Origin: Candidatus Moraniibacteriota bacterium
GTDB taxonomy: Bacteria; Patescibacteriota; Minisyncoccia; Moranbacterales; UBA1568
Assembly: GCA_013334245.1 (NCBI GenBank)
Contig: JAAXXZ010000004.1
Coordinates: 127-64,126 of the forward strand
DNA: 64,000 nt
Direction: 5' to 3'
In this document: positions 9,773-20,629 of the stretch, one piece after another
How the letters are laid out: each line of letters opens with the position of its first letter
Position numbering within the stretch: the stretch's first letter is position 1
The notes under the pieces: generated by a model
What the model was told of the DNA's origin: nothing
The model's input: the letters and a program-made list of their open reading frames with translations, nothing else
The model's database searches: none
Program-made: the position numbers and the translations under genes

Positions 9773-10882
9773 ATGTCTCCAATCGTTCTTATCGTGATCG
9801 TACTCGTCCTGGTCGCCGTGGCGGCCGTTTTCGTCATATCGTCTTCCAAGGAATCCCGCCGTCAGACCGCGGAAGACCGGAAATTCATGCTCGACCGGAT
9901 GGAAACGCTCGACCGTCGGTTGAGCCAGGAGATGCATCAGTTTTCCACGTCGGTATCGGGGCAGATCGGGACGCTGAATACGGCGCTCGACCGTCGGCTC
10001 GGCGAGAATACGGAACGGCTCGATTCCCGTCTCGACGGCGCGGCACGATCGTTCGCCGAGGTCCGTGCGGCGCTTGCCGAAGTGCGCGCCTCGAACAAAC
10101 AGATTCTCGAAGTGGGCAAGGAAGTCTCTTCGCTTCAGGAAATCCTACGCGCACCGAAGATGCGCGGCGGTTTCGGCGAGCTCATGCTTGGCAACCTGCT
10201 CTCGCAGATGCTTCCCAAGGAACACTTCGATCTCCAATACGGTTTCAAGAGCGGGGAGGCGGTGGATGCGGTCATCCGGCTCAAGGGCGGACTTATCAGC
10301 GTGGACTCCAAGTTCCCACTCGAGAATTTCAAGCGCATGATCGAGGCGAAAGGGGACGACGAGCGTCGTATCGCCAGGAGGCAATTCGTTTCCGACGTAA
10401 AAAAACACGCCGATTCCATCGCATCGAAATACATACTCCCGGAAGAGGGGACACTCGGGTTCGCGCTCATGTACATTCCCGCCGAAAACGTGTACTACGA
10501 GATCATCATCAAGGACGAGGACGGGACCGGATTGTCCGAATATTTCTTCGGGAAGCGGGTGATTCCCGTATCGCCGAATTCGTTCTATTCGTATCTCCAG
10601 ACGATCGCCATCGGGCTGCAGGGGATGCAGATCGAGAAGCGGGCGAAGGAGATCCTGGGACAGCTCGGCAAACTTTCGGTCGAGCATGGGAAGTTCCTCC
10701 GGGAATTCGAGGTGCTTGGCGGCCATATCGGGAGCGCGCACAAGAAATACGATGACGCGGAAAAGCGGCTCGGCAAGGTGGCCGATCAGCTCGAGCGGGT
10801 CCAAACATCGTCGGTCATCGTCGCGGAGGGAGACGAGCTGCTTCCTGCCGAGGTCGAATCCCTATCCGAACCGAACCTATGA
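9773..10882 (+). CDS. rmuC: DNA recombination protein RmuC
   Basis: N-terminal TM, coiled coil, [31 protein letters not shown]. Confidence 0.92.
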   Translation: MSPIVLIVIVLVLVAVAAVFVISSSKESRRQTAEDRKFMLDRMETLDRRLSQEMHQFSTSVSGQIGTLNTALDRRLGENTERLDSRLDGAARSFAEVRAALAEVRASNKQILEVGKEVSSLQEILRAPKMRGGFGELMLGNLLSQMLPKEHFDLQYGFKSGEAVDAVIRLKGGLISVDSKFPLENFKRMIEAKGDDERRIARRQFVSDVKKHADSIASKYILPEEGTLGFALMYIPAENVYYEIIIKDEDGTGLSEYFFGKRVIPVSPNSFYSYLQTIAIGLQGMQIEKRAKEILGQLGKLSVEHGKFLREFEVLGGHIGSAHKKYDDAEKRLGKVADQLERVQTSSVIVAEGDELLPAEVESLSEPNL

Positions 10883-11331
10883 ATCCGATGCCGTTCCAAA
10901 GAAAAAAGGAGTATGCCGACGTTGCCCATTCCGCGAAGACGGTGGAAAACGGCGTTACGGAAGAGATTCCGGACGCGGACGAGGGAGCGACATTTTTCGG
11001 GAATCCGCTGGTCCGTTCGCTGATTGCCGCCTCGTCGGCCATCATCCTGTTCTCGTTCGCGGCGATCTACCTCTTCGTCATCCGCGGGGCGAGCGGTACG
11101 ATCGTGCTCCACTTCAACGTGTACTTCGGCGTCGATATCGTCGGGAACCCGTGGCAGGCGCTCCTTATTCCCGCCATGTCGCTCCTGTTCCTTCTTCTGA
11201 ATATCGGTCTCGCGTACCGGTTCTACGTCGTGCGCGAGCGTGTTGCGGCGCATATCCTCCTGTTCGCGGCGTTCCTCTCCGCACTTTCCGCCGGAGTGGT
11301 CACCGCGGCCCTCTCGTTCATCAATTCCTGA
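10879..11331 (+). CDS. Hypothetical membrane protein (DUF1648-like)
   Basis: 3 [14 protein letters not shown] motif; ATGA overlap with rmuC. Confidence 0.7.
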   Translation: MNPMPFQRKKEYADVAHSAKTVENGVTEEIPDADEGATFFGNPLVRSLIAASSAIILFSFAAIYLFVIRGASGTIVLHFNVYFGVDIVGNPWQALLIPAMSLLFLLLNIGLAYRFYVVRERVAAHILLFAAFLSALSAGVVTAALSFINS

Positions 11332-11343
11332 CCGAAAAGCGAC

Positions 11344-13065
11344 ATGAGCAGTCCGATCACTACGGAATCAGAATATGGGGCGTTCCGTTTCCCTGATCCC
11401 CGCGACCCCGATCCCAGGAAACATCGCATCCAGCGGGCACTCGAGATCATTCCGGGGTCGCTGTCGTGGACGGTCGTTTCGGGCATCCTGCTCGCGTCAT
11501 GGCTCGCTCCGATCGCGGCGGCGGTCTTCGTCATCCTTTACGATATCTACTGGCTGTTCCTGACAGCGTACGTGACCCTTTTTTCCACGCTGTCATACCG
11601 GGATCTCCGCAGGGGGATGCGGACCAACTGGTGGGAACGGCTGGTACGTTCGCATGAAGTGGAACGGTACCGGACCGAGCTTATCGATCGCGGTGAATAT
11701 CTGAGGCGGATGTTGCGCGAGGAACGGATGACCCTGCGACAGCGAAGGCTTGTCCGACGGGAGAGGAGGGAAGTCCTTCGTCATGTCCGCGAGCTAACGG
11801 AACTCTCCGCCCGCAAGGACGAGATCATGGACCATCGGGAGATCATCCACGCGGTGCTCCTTCCTACGGCGGGCGAGGATGCGGATATCATCGAGCCGGC
11901 CATCCGCTCCATCGCCGAGTCGACGTTTCCGAAATCGCAGATCATCGTCATTCTCGCGACGGAAGAGCGCGAACCGGAATCGACCCGGTTGCCGAAGGTC
12001 GAGACGCTCCGAAAGAAGTTCGACGGCGTGTTCAGGGATTTCATCGTGACGACGCACGAAGTCGCGGAAGGGGAACTCAAGTGCAAGGCGTCGAACGCGG
12101 CATACGCCGCGAAGAAGCTCCGCACGTATCTCGACGAGCACGGCATCCCGTACGATCGGGTCATATTCTCGAACTTCGATTGCGATACCGTGGCGCATCC
12201 GGAATACTTCTCCGCACTCGCGTATTCCTATGTCACCGATCCGGACCGGCTCCGCCGGGCGTACCAGCCGTTGCCGATGTATCATAACAATCTGTGGGAC
12301 ACGAACGCGTTCGTGCGCGTCACGGTCACGGGATCGTCGTTCTGGCACATGTATCAGGGGACACGGCGCGAGATGGTCACCTTCTCGTCACACTCCGAAC
12401 CGTTCGATACGCTCGTGCGTGTCGGATATTGGCCCGTCAACATGATTTCGGAGGATTCCGTCATCTATTGGAAGGCGTTCTCGTATTTTCACGGAGACTA
12501 CAAGGTGAAACTTATCCCGCTTCCCGTGTCGCTCGATGCGGTCCTCGCGGATACGTACGTGAAGACCCTTGGAAACGCCTACAAGCAGAACCGACGGTGG
12601 GCATACGGCATCGAGAATTTCCCGGTCATGATGCGCGCGTTCTGGCCGGACAAGAAGATGCCTTTCTTCCACAAACTCCGGGTCACCGAGGAAATCCTCG
12701 AGGGGCACCTGTCGTGGGCGACCGCTCCGCTGATCCTCTCGTTCCTCGGATGGCTGCCGCTCTTTCTCGGCGGGACGGCGTTCAATGAGAGCGTCCTTGC
12801 CCATAATCTGCCGGTCGTCACGCGGACGCTCATGACGCTTTCCATGGGAGGATTGGTCACGCTCGTCTTCCTCTCGTTCCTGATGCTTCCGAAACGTCCG
12901 AAGCGATACGGCCGCTGGCGGACCGTGTTCATGTTCGCGCAGTGGTTCCTGGCACCGTTCGTGGCGCTTCTTATGGCGACTCCGGCGCTCGACGCTCAGA
13001 CACGTATCCTGACGAAGAACTATTTCGGCGAATTCTGGGTCACCGCGAAGGTGAGACGGAAGTGA
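11344..13065 (+). CDS. Membrane-bound glycosyltransferase family 2
   Basis: KASN, FDCD, ISED, QNRRW motif; TM segments at both ends. Confidence 0.88.
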   Translation: MSSPITTESEYGAFRFPDPRDPDPRKHRIQRALEIIPGSLSWTVVSGILLASWLAPIAAAVFVILYDIYWLFLTAYVTLFSTLSYRDLRRGMRTNWWERLVRSHEVERYRTELIDRGEYLRRMLREERMTLRQRRLVRRERREVLRHVRELTELSARKDEIMDHREIIHAVLLPTAGEDADIIEPAIRSIAESTFPKSQIIVILATEEREPESTRLPKVETLRKKFDGVFRDFIVTTHEVAEGELKCKASNAAYAAKKLRTYLDEHGIPYDRVIFSNFDCDTVAHPEYFSALAYSYVTDPDRLRRAYQPLPMYHNNLWDTNAFVRVTVTGSSFWHMYQGTRREMVTFSSHSEPFDTLVRVGYWPVNMISEDSVIYWKAFSYFHGDYKVKLIPLPVSLDAVLADTYVKTLGNAYKQNRRWAYGIENFPVMMRAFWPDKKMPFFHKLRVTEEILEGHLSWATAPLILSFLGWLPLFLGGTAFNESVLAHNLPVVTRTLMTLSMGGLVTLVFLSFLMLPKRPKRYGRWRTVFMFAQWFLAPFVALLMATPALDAQTRILTKNYFGEFWVTAKVRRK

Positions 13066-13101
13066 TTCGGGGTTCGGCCTCCACGAAATCGCGAAACACG
13101 T

Positions 13102-14118
13102 ATGTCCGAGCAATTTCTCTTTCCGTTTCTGATCGCCTTTATTCTGTCTGTCCTGCTGCTGTCGGTCGTTCCTGCGCTTTCGAGGCGTTTCGCCGGCGAG
13201 AGGAACGAGCGTGACCGGACGCACAAGACGATGCCGCGGCTCGGCGGTGTGGCGCTCATCGCCGCGTTTCTTGTCGCCGTTCTTTTGAATGCGGACCTCG
13301 CGTCTTCCGGACCACTGTTCGGTTTGGTGGCGGGTTCCTGTCTTATTCTTCTTATCGGTACCTTGGATGACGTTTTTCCTCTCTCTTGGGAGCCGCAGCT
13401 CCTGTTCCAGGTCGTGCTTGCCGGCATCATTTTTTTCTCCGGTATGCGGGCATGGGTCCTGACGAACCCCTTCGGAAGCTCCTGGTTTCTTCATCCCGAA
13501 ACGTCTCTATTTCCGAGTCTTTTCGTCGGTATCCTTTTTACGCTGCTCATCGTCAATGCGATGAATTGGGTCGACGGCGTGGATGGTCTCCTGGGAGGGG
13601 TTTCTTTTTCGGCATTTGTCACGCTCTTTTTCGTCAGTCTCCGGCCCGAGGTGGGTCAGCCGACGATCGCCATCCTGGCGTCCATATTCGCCGGACTCTC
13701 ACTCGGCTTTCTCATATATAATGTTCCTCCGGCACGATTATTGGCTGGAACGTCCGGGTCCTATTTTCTCGGGTTCGGCGTAACCGCTCTCGCTCTTTTT
13801 TCCGGAGCGAAAATAGCCACAACTCTGTTGGTACTTTCGGTTCCCGTTCTGGATGCTTGTTTCGTGATCGTTGCCCGTATCCGGGCTGGGTATTCTCCGT
13901 TTCGCGGTGGGGATGAGCGGCACCTGCATGACCGGCTTCGGAACGCCGGATGGTCCGATCGGGCCATCATGATGTTTTTCACGCTCATTTCCGTCCTTTC
14001 GGGCGTCGCAGCGCTCGTTTTGCCGGCCACGGGGAAAGCGTTCTTTCTCCTCGCACTCGTGGCGGGATTCGTATTCCTCGTGTCCGGTCTCGGAAACGTG
14101 ACAAAAAAGGAGATATGA
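13102..14118 (+). CDS. MraY/WecA family polyprenyl-phosphate sugar-1-phosphate transferase
   Basis: PRLGGVA, GTLDD, NAMNWVDGVDGL, YNVPPAR, HLHDRL. Confidence 0.9.
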   Translation: MSEQFLFPFLIAFILSVLLLSVVPALSRRFAGERNERDRTHKTMPRLGGVALIAAFLVAVLLNADLASSGPLFGLVAGSCLILLIGTLDDVFPLSWEPQLLFQVVLAGIIFFSGMRAWVLTNPFGSSWFLHPETSLFPSLFVGILFTLLIVNAMNWVDGVDGLLGGVSFSAFVTLFFVSLRPEVGQPTIAILASIFAGLSLGFLIYNVPPARLLAGTSGSYFLGFGVTALALFSGAKIATTLLVLSVPVLDACFVIVARIRAGYSPFRGGDERHLHDRLRNAGWSDRAIMMFFTLISVLSGVAALVLPATGKAFFLLALVAGFVFLVSGLGNVTKKEI

Positions 14119-14603
14119 TACAGATCGATCAAAAGGCACTCCGTCTCTACGCGCTTGTCATGCTACCGGTCGCGATCGCCGCGGCGTGGTTCGTGTTCCG
14201 ATCGGACCGCACATCGACGGCGGGGATGGTCCGCGTTCCGACCGGAAAAGTGAGCGTGATGGTCAATGGCCGTGAGTTTTCGGCCGAGGTCGCGGACACG
14301 CCGTCATCGCGGGAACTCGGACTCGGTGGTCGCGACTCGCTCTGTGCTTCGTGCGCGATGCTATTCCGATTCGATACGCCCGGGAACTATGGCTTCTGGA
14401 TGAAAGGGATGCGTTTCCCGCTGGACCTCGTCTGGATCCGCGAGGGGATAGTCGTCCATGTGGAGCAAAACGTCTCTGCGGACTCGATCCGGACCATGTA
14501 TCCCGGCACGGATGCGACCGAAGTGCTCGAGACGAACGCTGACGCGTTGTCCGGTGTCCTTGTCGGGGATCGCATCGAAGTAGGCGCCGCTTCCGAACGG
14601 TAG
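14115..14603 (+). CDS. DUF192 family protein
   Basis: EVADTPSSRELGL, MLF, FWMKGMRFPLDLVWI, VLETNA. Confidence 0.88.
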   Translation: MIQIDQKALRLYALVMLPVAIAAAWFVFRSDRTSTAGMVRVPTGKVSVMVNGREFSAEVADTPSSRELGLGGRDSLCASCAMLFRFDTPGNYGFWMKGMRFPLDLVWIREGIVVHVEQNVSADSIRTMYPGTDATEVLETNADALSGVLVGDRIEVGAASER

Positions 14604-14641
14604 AAAAACCGTCTGGAAGATGACGTATGAACGCCAAAAAC

Positions 14642-14675
14642 AGACGACGACCCGGTCAGTCGCGGTCGTCGTTCT
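14642..14675. terminator. Hairpin between convergent genes
   Basis: GACGACGACC...GGTCGTCGTT inverted repeat. Confidence 0.5.
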
Positions 14676-14715
14676 ATGACGGCTCAGGGTGTTCGGATTC
14701 CGAGCCGCGACGCGG

Positions 14716-16233
14716 TCACTTCTTTTCCTTCTCTTTCTCCTCTTCTTCCCGTATGGTCCGGCGGATCTTGGACTTGGCGGTCGAGGTCTTCACGAAGCGG
14801 AGCCAGTCCGCGTTCGGCTTCTTTCGGTCCTTGGCAACGAGGATCTCGACGACCTGACCGTTCTTTATGACGGAATCGAGCGAGGACATCTTGCCGTCGA
14901 TCTTCGCCCCGACGGCGTGCTCGCCGACCTCGGTATGGATCGCGTAGGCGAAGTCGATCGGAGTCGCCTCTTCGGGAAGCTCGATGATGTCGCCCTTCGG
15001 GGTGAAGGCGAAGATATGATTTTTGAAGAATTCGATCTTGAGTCCGGAAAGAAATTCCGCGTCGTCGCGACCGACCTCCTTCTGCCATTCCTTGAGCTGC
15101 GCGACCCATGCGACTTCCTTGGGTTTTGCGGCGGGCGTCGGTTTTCTCCCGAAGACGAACGAACGCCATCCGCCGCGTTCCTTCTCGGTATAGACCCAGT
15201 GCGCGGCGATGCCGTATTCCGCCTCGTCGTGCATTTTCGGCGTCCGTATCTGAAGTTCGAAGATCCTTCCCTCGGGGCCGAAAACGGTGGTGTGGAGCGA
15301 CTGGTACCCGTTCGGTTTCGGAAGCGAGATGTAATCCTTGATGCGGCCGACGAGCGGTCGGTACCGTTTGTGGATGGCGCCGAGCGTCTCGTAGCAGTCG
15401 ACGATTTCGGGAACGATGATCCGTACGGCGACGAGGTCGTACACCCGGCCAATTTCCATGTCGTGTTTTTGCAGCTTCCGGAAGAGACGGTAGAGGTGTT
15501 TGGTCCGTCCGTCGATGTCGACGATCTTGATGCCGTCGCCGCCGAGTTCCTTGCGGAGCAGTTTTATGACGCGCTCGAGATAGGTTTTTCCTTCCCGCAC
15601 GTAGGTCTCCTCGATCTGCCGCATTTCCTCGTAGTGTTCCGGGTCGAGATACTTGAAGGAAAGGTCCTCGAGTTCGCCCTTGATCTCGCTGATACCGAGA
15701 CGGTTCGCGATTTGGGCATAGATTTCCATCGTTTCTCGGGCGATCCGCTGCTGTTTTTCCGGCGGAAGGGCGTCGAGCGTGCGCATGTTGTGGAGCCGGT
15801 CGGCCAGCTTAATGATGACGACGCGGATATCGGCGGCCATCGCGAGGAACATTTTCCGAAGATTCTCCAGGAAGTATTCCTCGTGCGAACCGCGGAGCTT
15901 GATCCGACCGAGCTTGGTGATGCCGTCTACGAGCGATTCGACTTCCGAACCGAACCGCTTCCCGACCTCGGCAAGGGTGTGTTCCGTGTCTTCTGGGACG
16001 TCGTGCAACAGGCCGGCGGCGAGGGTTTCCTTGTCCATGCCGATTTCGGCGAGGATTTTCGTGACCGCGATCGAGTGCGTCACGTAGGGCTCGCCGGATT
16101 TCCGGTTCTGCCCCTCATGCGCTTTCAGGGCGAATGCGAATGCGTCCTCGATGAACCGCCGTTCCTCGGCCGAGAACGGGCGACGGGATGATTTGAGGAT
16201 ATCGTCGAGGGTGGCGATGTCAGGATTGCTCAT
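14716..16233 (-). CDS. rel: Bifunctional (p)ppGpp synthetase/hydrolase (HD+SYNTH+TGS, no ACT domain)
   Basis: HEGQNRKSGEPY, LHDVPED, KLADRLHNMRTL, PKPNGYQSLHT, ATPIDFAYAIHT. Confidence 0.95.
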   Translation of the reverse strand: MSNPDIATLDDILKSSRRPFSAEERRFIEDAFAFALKAHEGQNRKSGEPYVTHSIAVTKILAEIGMDKETLAAGLLHDVPEDTEHTLAEVGKRFGSEVESLVDGITKLGRIKLRGSHEEYFLENLRKMFLAMAADIRVVIIKLADRLHNMRTLDALPPEKQQRIARETMEIYAQIANRLGISEIKGELEDLSFKYLDPEHYEEMRQIEETYVREGKTYLERVIKLLRKELGGDGIKIVDIDGRTKHLYRLFRKLQKHDMEIGRVYDLVAVRIIVPEIVDCYETLGAIHKRYRPLVGRIKDYISLPKPNGYQSLHTTVFGPEGRIFELQIRTPKMHDEAEYGIAAHWVYTEKERGGWRSFVFGRKPTPAAKPKEVAWVAQLKEWQKEVGRDDAEFLSGLKIEFFKNHIFAFTPKGDIIELPEEATPIDFAYAIHTEVGEHAVGAKIDGKMSSLDSVIKNGQVVEILVAKDRKKPNADWLRFVKTSTAKSKIRRTIREEEEKEKEKK

Positions 16234-16380
16234 AGAAGCGTTGATTCGGGGTCTGCCTTCCCATTTAATGCCCAAAGAGGTTTTTGGGCAAGTTTCGGTA
16301 TTTTATGGCCGTTTCCACTTGATTTATTTCCGGAAGAAGAGTATCATCCTCGATTATGTTCAGTATTAACCGAACGGCAT

Positions 16381-17799
16381 ATGCAGATGACGAAGAAGAC
16401 GAAAATCGTGGCGACCATCGGCCCCGTCACGACCAGCGAGGCCATGCTGACGAAGCTCGTGAAGTCGGGACTCAACGTGATGCGACTCAACTTCTCGCAC
16501 GGTGATTTCGCCGAGCATCAGGAGAAGGTCGATAATCTTCGAAAAGTCACGGAGAAGCTTGGGACGCCCGTCGCGATCCTGCAGGACCTGTCGGGGCCCA
16601 AGATCCGCATCGGCGAATTCTACAAGGAGCGCGTGATACTGAAGGAGGGGGACGAGTTCGTCCTCACCACGGAGAAGTGTATCGGCGACGAGCATCGGGC
16701 GTCCATCAACTATCCGAAACTCCCGCAGGAGATAAAGCCGGGTGCGTTCATCATGGTGGACGACGGCAAGAAGAAACTCGAGGTGCTCTCGATCAAGGGA
16801 AACGAGATCAAGACGAAGATCATTGTCGGTGGCGAGACGAAGGGGCGCCGCGGCGTGAACCTGCCGGGTACCGACCTCTCCATAAGCTCGCTTACCGCGA
16901 AGGACCGGAAGGATATCGAGTTCGGCGTGAGGAACCAGGTGGACTTCGTGGCGCTCTCGTTCGTGCGGCGTGCGGGTGACGTTCATGAGCTTCGCCGGAT
17001 CCTCGAAAAGAAGGGTCTTCCGGCGCAGATCATCGTGAAGATCGAGACGACACAGGCGATCGACAATCTCGAGGAGATCATCCGGGCGACCGACGCGGTC
17101 ATGGTGGCGCGCGGCGACCTCGCGGTGGAAGTGCCGATGGAACAGGTACCACTTCTCCAGAAGCGGATGGTGCAGATGGCGCGCGAGCTCGGCAAACCGG
17201 TCATCGTCGCGACGCAGATGCTCGAATCCATGATCAATGCCCCGGTGCCGACGCGTGCCGAGGTGAACGATATCGCGAACGCGATCCTCGACGGGGCCGA
17301 TGCCGTAATGCTTTCCGAGGAGACCACGCTTGGGAAGTTCCCGCTCGAGGCGGTTTCCACGATGGCGAAGATCGCCGCGGAAGTGGAGGAGGCGCCGTAT
17401 ACCCGTCCGGTCATCAACGGCGACGAGCTCGGCCTCGATTCGATCGCGGAATCCGTCTCCGAGGCGGTGGAGTCGGTCGCGTACTCTGTAGATGCGGCGG
17501 CGATCGTCGCGTTGTCCGAGTCCGGATTCACCATGCGGGCCATTTCCCGCTATCGTCCCGATCAGCCGATCATCGTTCTGACGCCGAACGAGCGGACGGT
17601 TCGCCGCGCCTGTCTTTCGTACGGGTGCTACGGATACCATGTGGATTCCTTCAAGGAGATCGCACAGGCGGTCGCCGAGGCGTCTTCTCTTCTCAAGAAG
17701 GAGAAAGTCGCGAAGAAGGGTGACCGGTTCGTCGTTTGTGGCGGCGCTCCGCTCGGCAAGGGCGGTGAGACGAACTTCCTCATGGTGAGGACGGCGTAA
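16381..17799 (+). CDS. pyk: Pyruvate kinase
   Basis: KTKIVATIGP, RLNFSHG, MVARGDL, ATQMLESM, DAVMLSEET. Confidence 0.97.
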   Translation: MQMTKKTKIVATIGPVTTSEAMLTKLVKSGLNVMRLNFSHGDFAEHQEKVDNLRKVTEKLGTPVAILQDLSGPKIRIGEFYKERVILKEGDEFVLTTEKCIGDEHRASINYPKLPQEIKPGAFIMVDDGKKKLEVLSIKGNEIKTKIIVGGETKGRRGVNLPGTDLSISSLTAKDRKDIEFGVRNQVDFVALSFVRRAGDVHELRRILEKKGLPAQIIVKIETTQAIDNLEEIIRATDAVMVARGDLAVEVPMEQVPLLQKRMVQMARELGKPVIVATQMLESMINAPVPTRAEVNDIANAILDGADAVMLSEETTLGKFPLEAVSTMAKIAAEVEEAPYTRPVINGDELGLDSIAESVSEAVESVAYSVDAAAIVALSESGFTMRAISRYRPDQPIIVLTPNERTVRRACLSYGCYGYHVDSFKEIAQAVAEASSLLKKEKVAKKGDRFVVCGGAPLGKGGETNFLMVRTA

Positions 17800-17837
17800 A
17801 CGCGGAGTCATAAGTCGAAAACCTGAAAGCCGAACAG

Positions 17838-17864
17838 AAAGACGCCCCATAGGGGGCGTCTTTT
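17838..17864 (+). terminator. Intrinsic terminator after pyk
   Basis: AAAGACGCCCC...GGGGCGTCTTTT. Confidence 0.85.
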
Positions 17865-17997
17865 CGAATCCTTCGATTTTTCTGAGCCGTGTTTTTAGAT
17901 GAAATCGATAAAATATAACATAAACGGCTTATAATAGACATTATATTCGGATGAAATGTGATTCGTGAATTCGAAAAAACATGTCACGTCCGTCAGA

Positions 17998-18026
17998 TTG
18001 ACAGATACAGTTTCTCATGCTATAAT
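17998..18026 (+). promoter_or_regulatory. Consensus sigma70 promoter with extended -10
   Basis: TTGACA-N17-TATAAT, TG upstream of -10, AT-rich upstream region. Confidence 0.8.
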
Positions 18027-18076
18027 ATAAGTAGAGAATTTGTTCAATTTAAAAGAATCCAAGAAGGGGGGGTCAC

Positions 18077-18295
18077 GTGGACATATGGACAGAGGCAATC
18101 GACCTCATAGTGGCACATCCGTTTTATTCCGTAGCGGCGTTCATTTTCGCGCTGTGCTGCATAGGAAGCGGCACCAGGATCTTGCGGAGCGTTGTGTTCG
18201 TGGCGGGACTCGCTATCGTCTATGTCGCCGCCCGGCACTTCCTTGCGGAAGTCGACGCCGTATTCGCACCTGTTCGTGAGGTGCTTGCGAGGTAG
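18077..18295 (+). CDS. Small membrane protein (2 TM)
   Basis: 72 aa, GTG start after purine-rich RBS, flanked by promoter and terminator. Confidence 0.65.
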   Translation: MDIWTEAIDLIVAHPFYSVAAFIFALCCIGSGTRILRSVVFVAGLAIVYVAARHFLAEVDAVFAPVREVLAR

Positions 18296-18301
18296 TAACG
18301 G

Positions 18302-18337
18302 AAAAGAGAGCGTCTGAACCCAGTGCTCTCTTTTTTG
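18302..18337. terminator. Bidirectional terminator
   Basis: AAAAGAGAGC...GCTCTCTTTT between convergent genes. Confidence 0.7.
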
Positions 18338-18363
18338 ATTTTCGGATATATTTTGGGGAAGCG

Positions 18364-20517
18364 TCATTTCAGCTTGTGCGGGTTGTGGTTCGGACAGGTC
18401 TTGTCCGAACAGCGGTCGGGGATGGTCTTGGTTCCCTGCATCATGAGCGCGCCGCACGTCGGGCAGAGGCTTCCTGTCGGCTTGGCCTTGATGGCGTTCT
18501 TGCAGTCGGGGTAGTTGGAGCAGGAATAGAACGTGCCGAAGCGGCCGCGTTTCTCGACCATCTCTCCCTTGCCGCACTTCGGGCATTTCACGCCGGTGCC
18601 GCTTTGTTGTCCCGCATCCTTCTTGATGTATTTGCACTTCGGATATTTCGAACAGGAAACGAACTTGCCGTAGCGTCCCTCGCGCTCCACGAGCGGACTT
18701 CCGCAATCCGGGCACGGTTCGCCGGTCTCCTTCGGTCCCTCGATCTCGCGGCCTTCCATGGTGAGCGCGCCGGTGCAGTCCGGGAATTTCGAACAGGAGA
18801 GGAACTTCCCGGATCGGCCGAGCTTGATGACCATGGATGATCCGCATTTCGGACATTTATGTGTCTCGTCGGCTTCGCCGAGGTTCGTCGCCTTGCCGGT
18901 GGCTTTGTCTTTCGCCTTCACTTCCTTGCTGAACGGACCGTAGAAATCCGACAGGGTTTTCACGTACTCGCGCTTCCCGTCGGCGATCTCGTCGAGCTCG
19001 TTTTCCATTTCCGCGGTCAGCGTGTCGGAAACGACGTCCGGAAAGTGCTCGGAAAGGAATCCGTCCACGACTTCTCCGGTCTCGGTCGCCTTGAGGGACC
19101 GACCTTCCTTTTCGACATACTGGCGGTCAAGCAGCGTCTTGATGATGGACGCGTAGGTGGACGGGCGTCCGAGTCCGCGCTTTTCGAGTTCCTTCACGAG
19201 TCCGGCTTCGGAATAGCGCTTCGGCGGTTCGGTCTCCTTTTTTTCGTCCCGGATGTCACGAAGCGTGAGCGGTTTGCCTGGAACAAGCTTCGGAAGCTCG
19301 ATGTCGTCCTTTCTCGCGTCGGGATCCGCCTCCAACCAGCCCGCGGTCGTGAGGCGGGATCCGGTGACCGAGAAATCCGGAAGTGCGCGGTCGGTCGTAT
19401 TCGCGGAAACCTTGGTACGCAGTAGTTCGGCTGGAATCATCTGCGAGGCGAGGGTGCGGGTGCGGATCAGTCGATACAGCCTCAGCTGGTCGTCCGGAAG
19501 CTTCGGGAGCTTGCCGAAGGATGTGGGTCGGATCGCCTCGTGCGCTTCCTGGGCATTCTTGGACTTGGTCTTGAAGCGGCGTATCTGGACGGCCCGTTCG
19601 CCGTATGCGGATTTCACCGCGGCCGCGGCGTGTCCGATCGCTTCCTCGGAAAGGGAAACGCTATCGGTACGCATGTAGGTGATGTGTCCCGCCTCGTAGA
19701 GCCGCTGCGCGAGGCGCATGGTGTTGCTCGGCGAGAAGCCGAGACGCGAGCTCGCCGTCTGTTGCAGGGTCGAGGTAGTGAAGGGCGGCAGGGGATTCCG
19801 GACGACCTCGGTTTCTTTTACTTCGACGACCTCCCATTTCTTGGAACGGGCAAGGGAGAGGATTTCCTCGGTTCGTTTTTCCTCTCGGGGTTCTTCCGAA
19901 CAGAGCAGTTCGAGCACGTCCTTCTTTCCCGTTTCGAACGTTCCGGAAAGCCTCCAGAAGGTTTCGGGGATGAACGCGGCTATTTCCCGCTCCCGCTCGG
20001 CGATGATGTGCAGCGCCGGGGATTGGACCCTGCCGGCCGAAAGCCCGTATCGGACCTTCTTCCAAATAAGTCCCGAAAGGTCATAGCCGACAAGCCGGTC
20101 CAGGACGCGGCGTGCTTCCTGCGCGCGACGAAGGTTCTCGTCGAGCTCCCGTGGTTCCTTGAGCGCGGCGCGGATACCGTTCTCCGTGATCTCGTGAAAC
20201 AGGACGCGCTTCGGCTTCTTCAGGTCGCATGCTTCCACGAGGTGCCAGGCAATGGCTTCACCCTCGCGGTCGGGGTCGGTGGCGAGCAGGATTTCCGAAT
20301 TCCGTTTCGCGAGACTCTTTATGCTGCTGATGATCTTTTCCTTCCCGGGAATCGTCTGATATTTCGCGACGAAACCGCCCGCGATATCGATGGCGTTCTT
20401 GTTCGACTTCGGCAGATCACGCACGTGTCCGACCGAAGCGACGACGGTATAGTCTTTGCCAAGATACTTTCCGATGGTCTTGGCTTTCGAAGGGGACTCG
20501 ACGATGAGGAGGGGCAT
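18364..20517 (-). CDS. topA: DNA topoisomerase I
   Basis: IVESPSKAKTI, ATDPDREGE, SAGRVQS, ITYMRTDS, GRPSTYA, C-terminal C4 zinc ribbons. Confidence 0.97.
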   Translation of the reverse strand: MPLLIVESPSKAKTIGKYLGKDYTVVASVGHVRDLPKSNKNAIDIAGGFVAKYQTIPGKEKIISSIKSLAKRNSEILLATDPDREGEAIAWHLVEACDLKKPKRVLFHEITENGIRAALKEPRELDENLRRAQEARRVLDRLVGYDLSGLIWKKVRYGLSAGRVQSPALHIIAEREREIAAFIPETFWRLSGTFETGKKDVLELLCSEEPREEKRTEEILSLARSKKWEVVEVKETEVVRNPLPPFTTSTLQQTASSRLGFSPSNTMRLAQRLYEAGHITYMRTDSVSLSEEAIGHAAAAVKSAYGERAVQIRRFKTKSKNAQEAHEAIRPTSFGKLPKLPDDQLRLYRLIRTRTLASQMIPAELLRTKVSANTTDRALPDFSVTGSRLTTAGWLEADPDARKDDIELPKLVPGKPLTLRDIRDEKKETEPPKRYSEAGLVKELEKRGLGRPSTYASIIKTLLDRQYVEKEGRSLKATETGEVVDGFLSEHFPDVVSDTLTAEMENELDEIADGKREYVKTLSDFYGPFSKEVKAKDKATGKATNLGEADETHKCPKCGSSMVIKLGRSGKFLSCSKFPDCTGALTMEGREIEGPKETGEPCPDCGSPLVEREGRYGKFVSCSKYPKCKYIKKDAGQQSGTGVKCPKCGKGEMVEKRGRFGTFYSCSNYPDCKNAIKAKPTGSLCPTCGALMMQGTKTIPDRCSDKTCPNHNPHKLK

Positions 20518-20525
20518 GATTCACG

Positions 20526-20629
20526 AACTTATAACTTACAACTGACAACTTACAACAATCCCATCCCCATGACAAATCATGATCAGAATCCGGTGTGAGT
20601 TGTGAGTTATTAGTTGATGGTTGTTAGTT
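20526..20629. repeat. Inverted pair of heptamer tandem arrays (AACTNAC)n...(GTNAGTT)n
   Basis: aacttat aacttac aactgac aacttac / gtgagtt gtgagtt attagtt gatggtt gttagtt. Confidence 0.85.
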
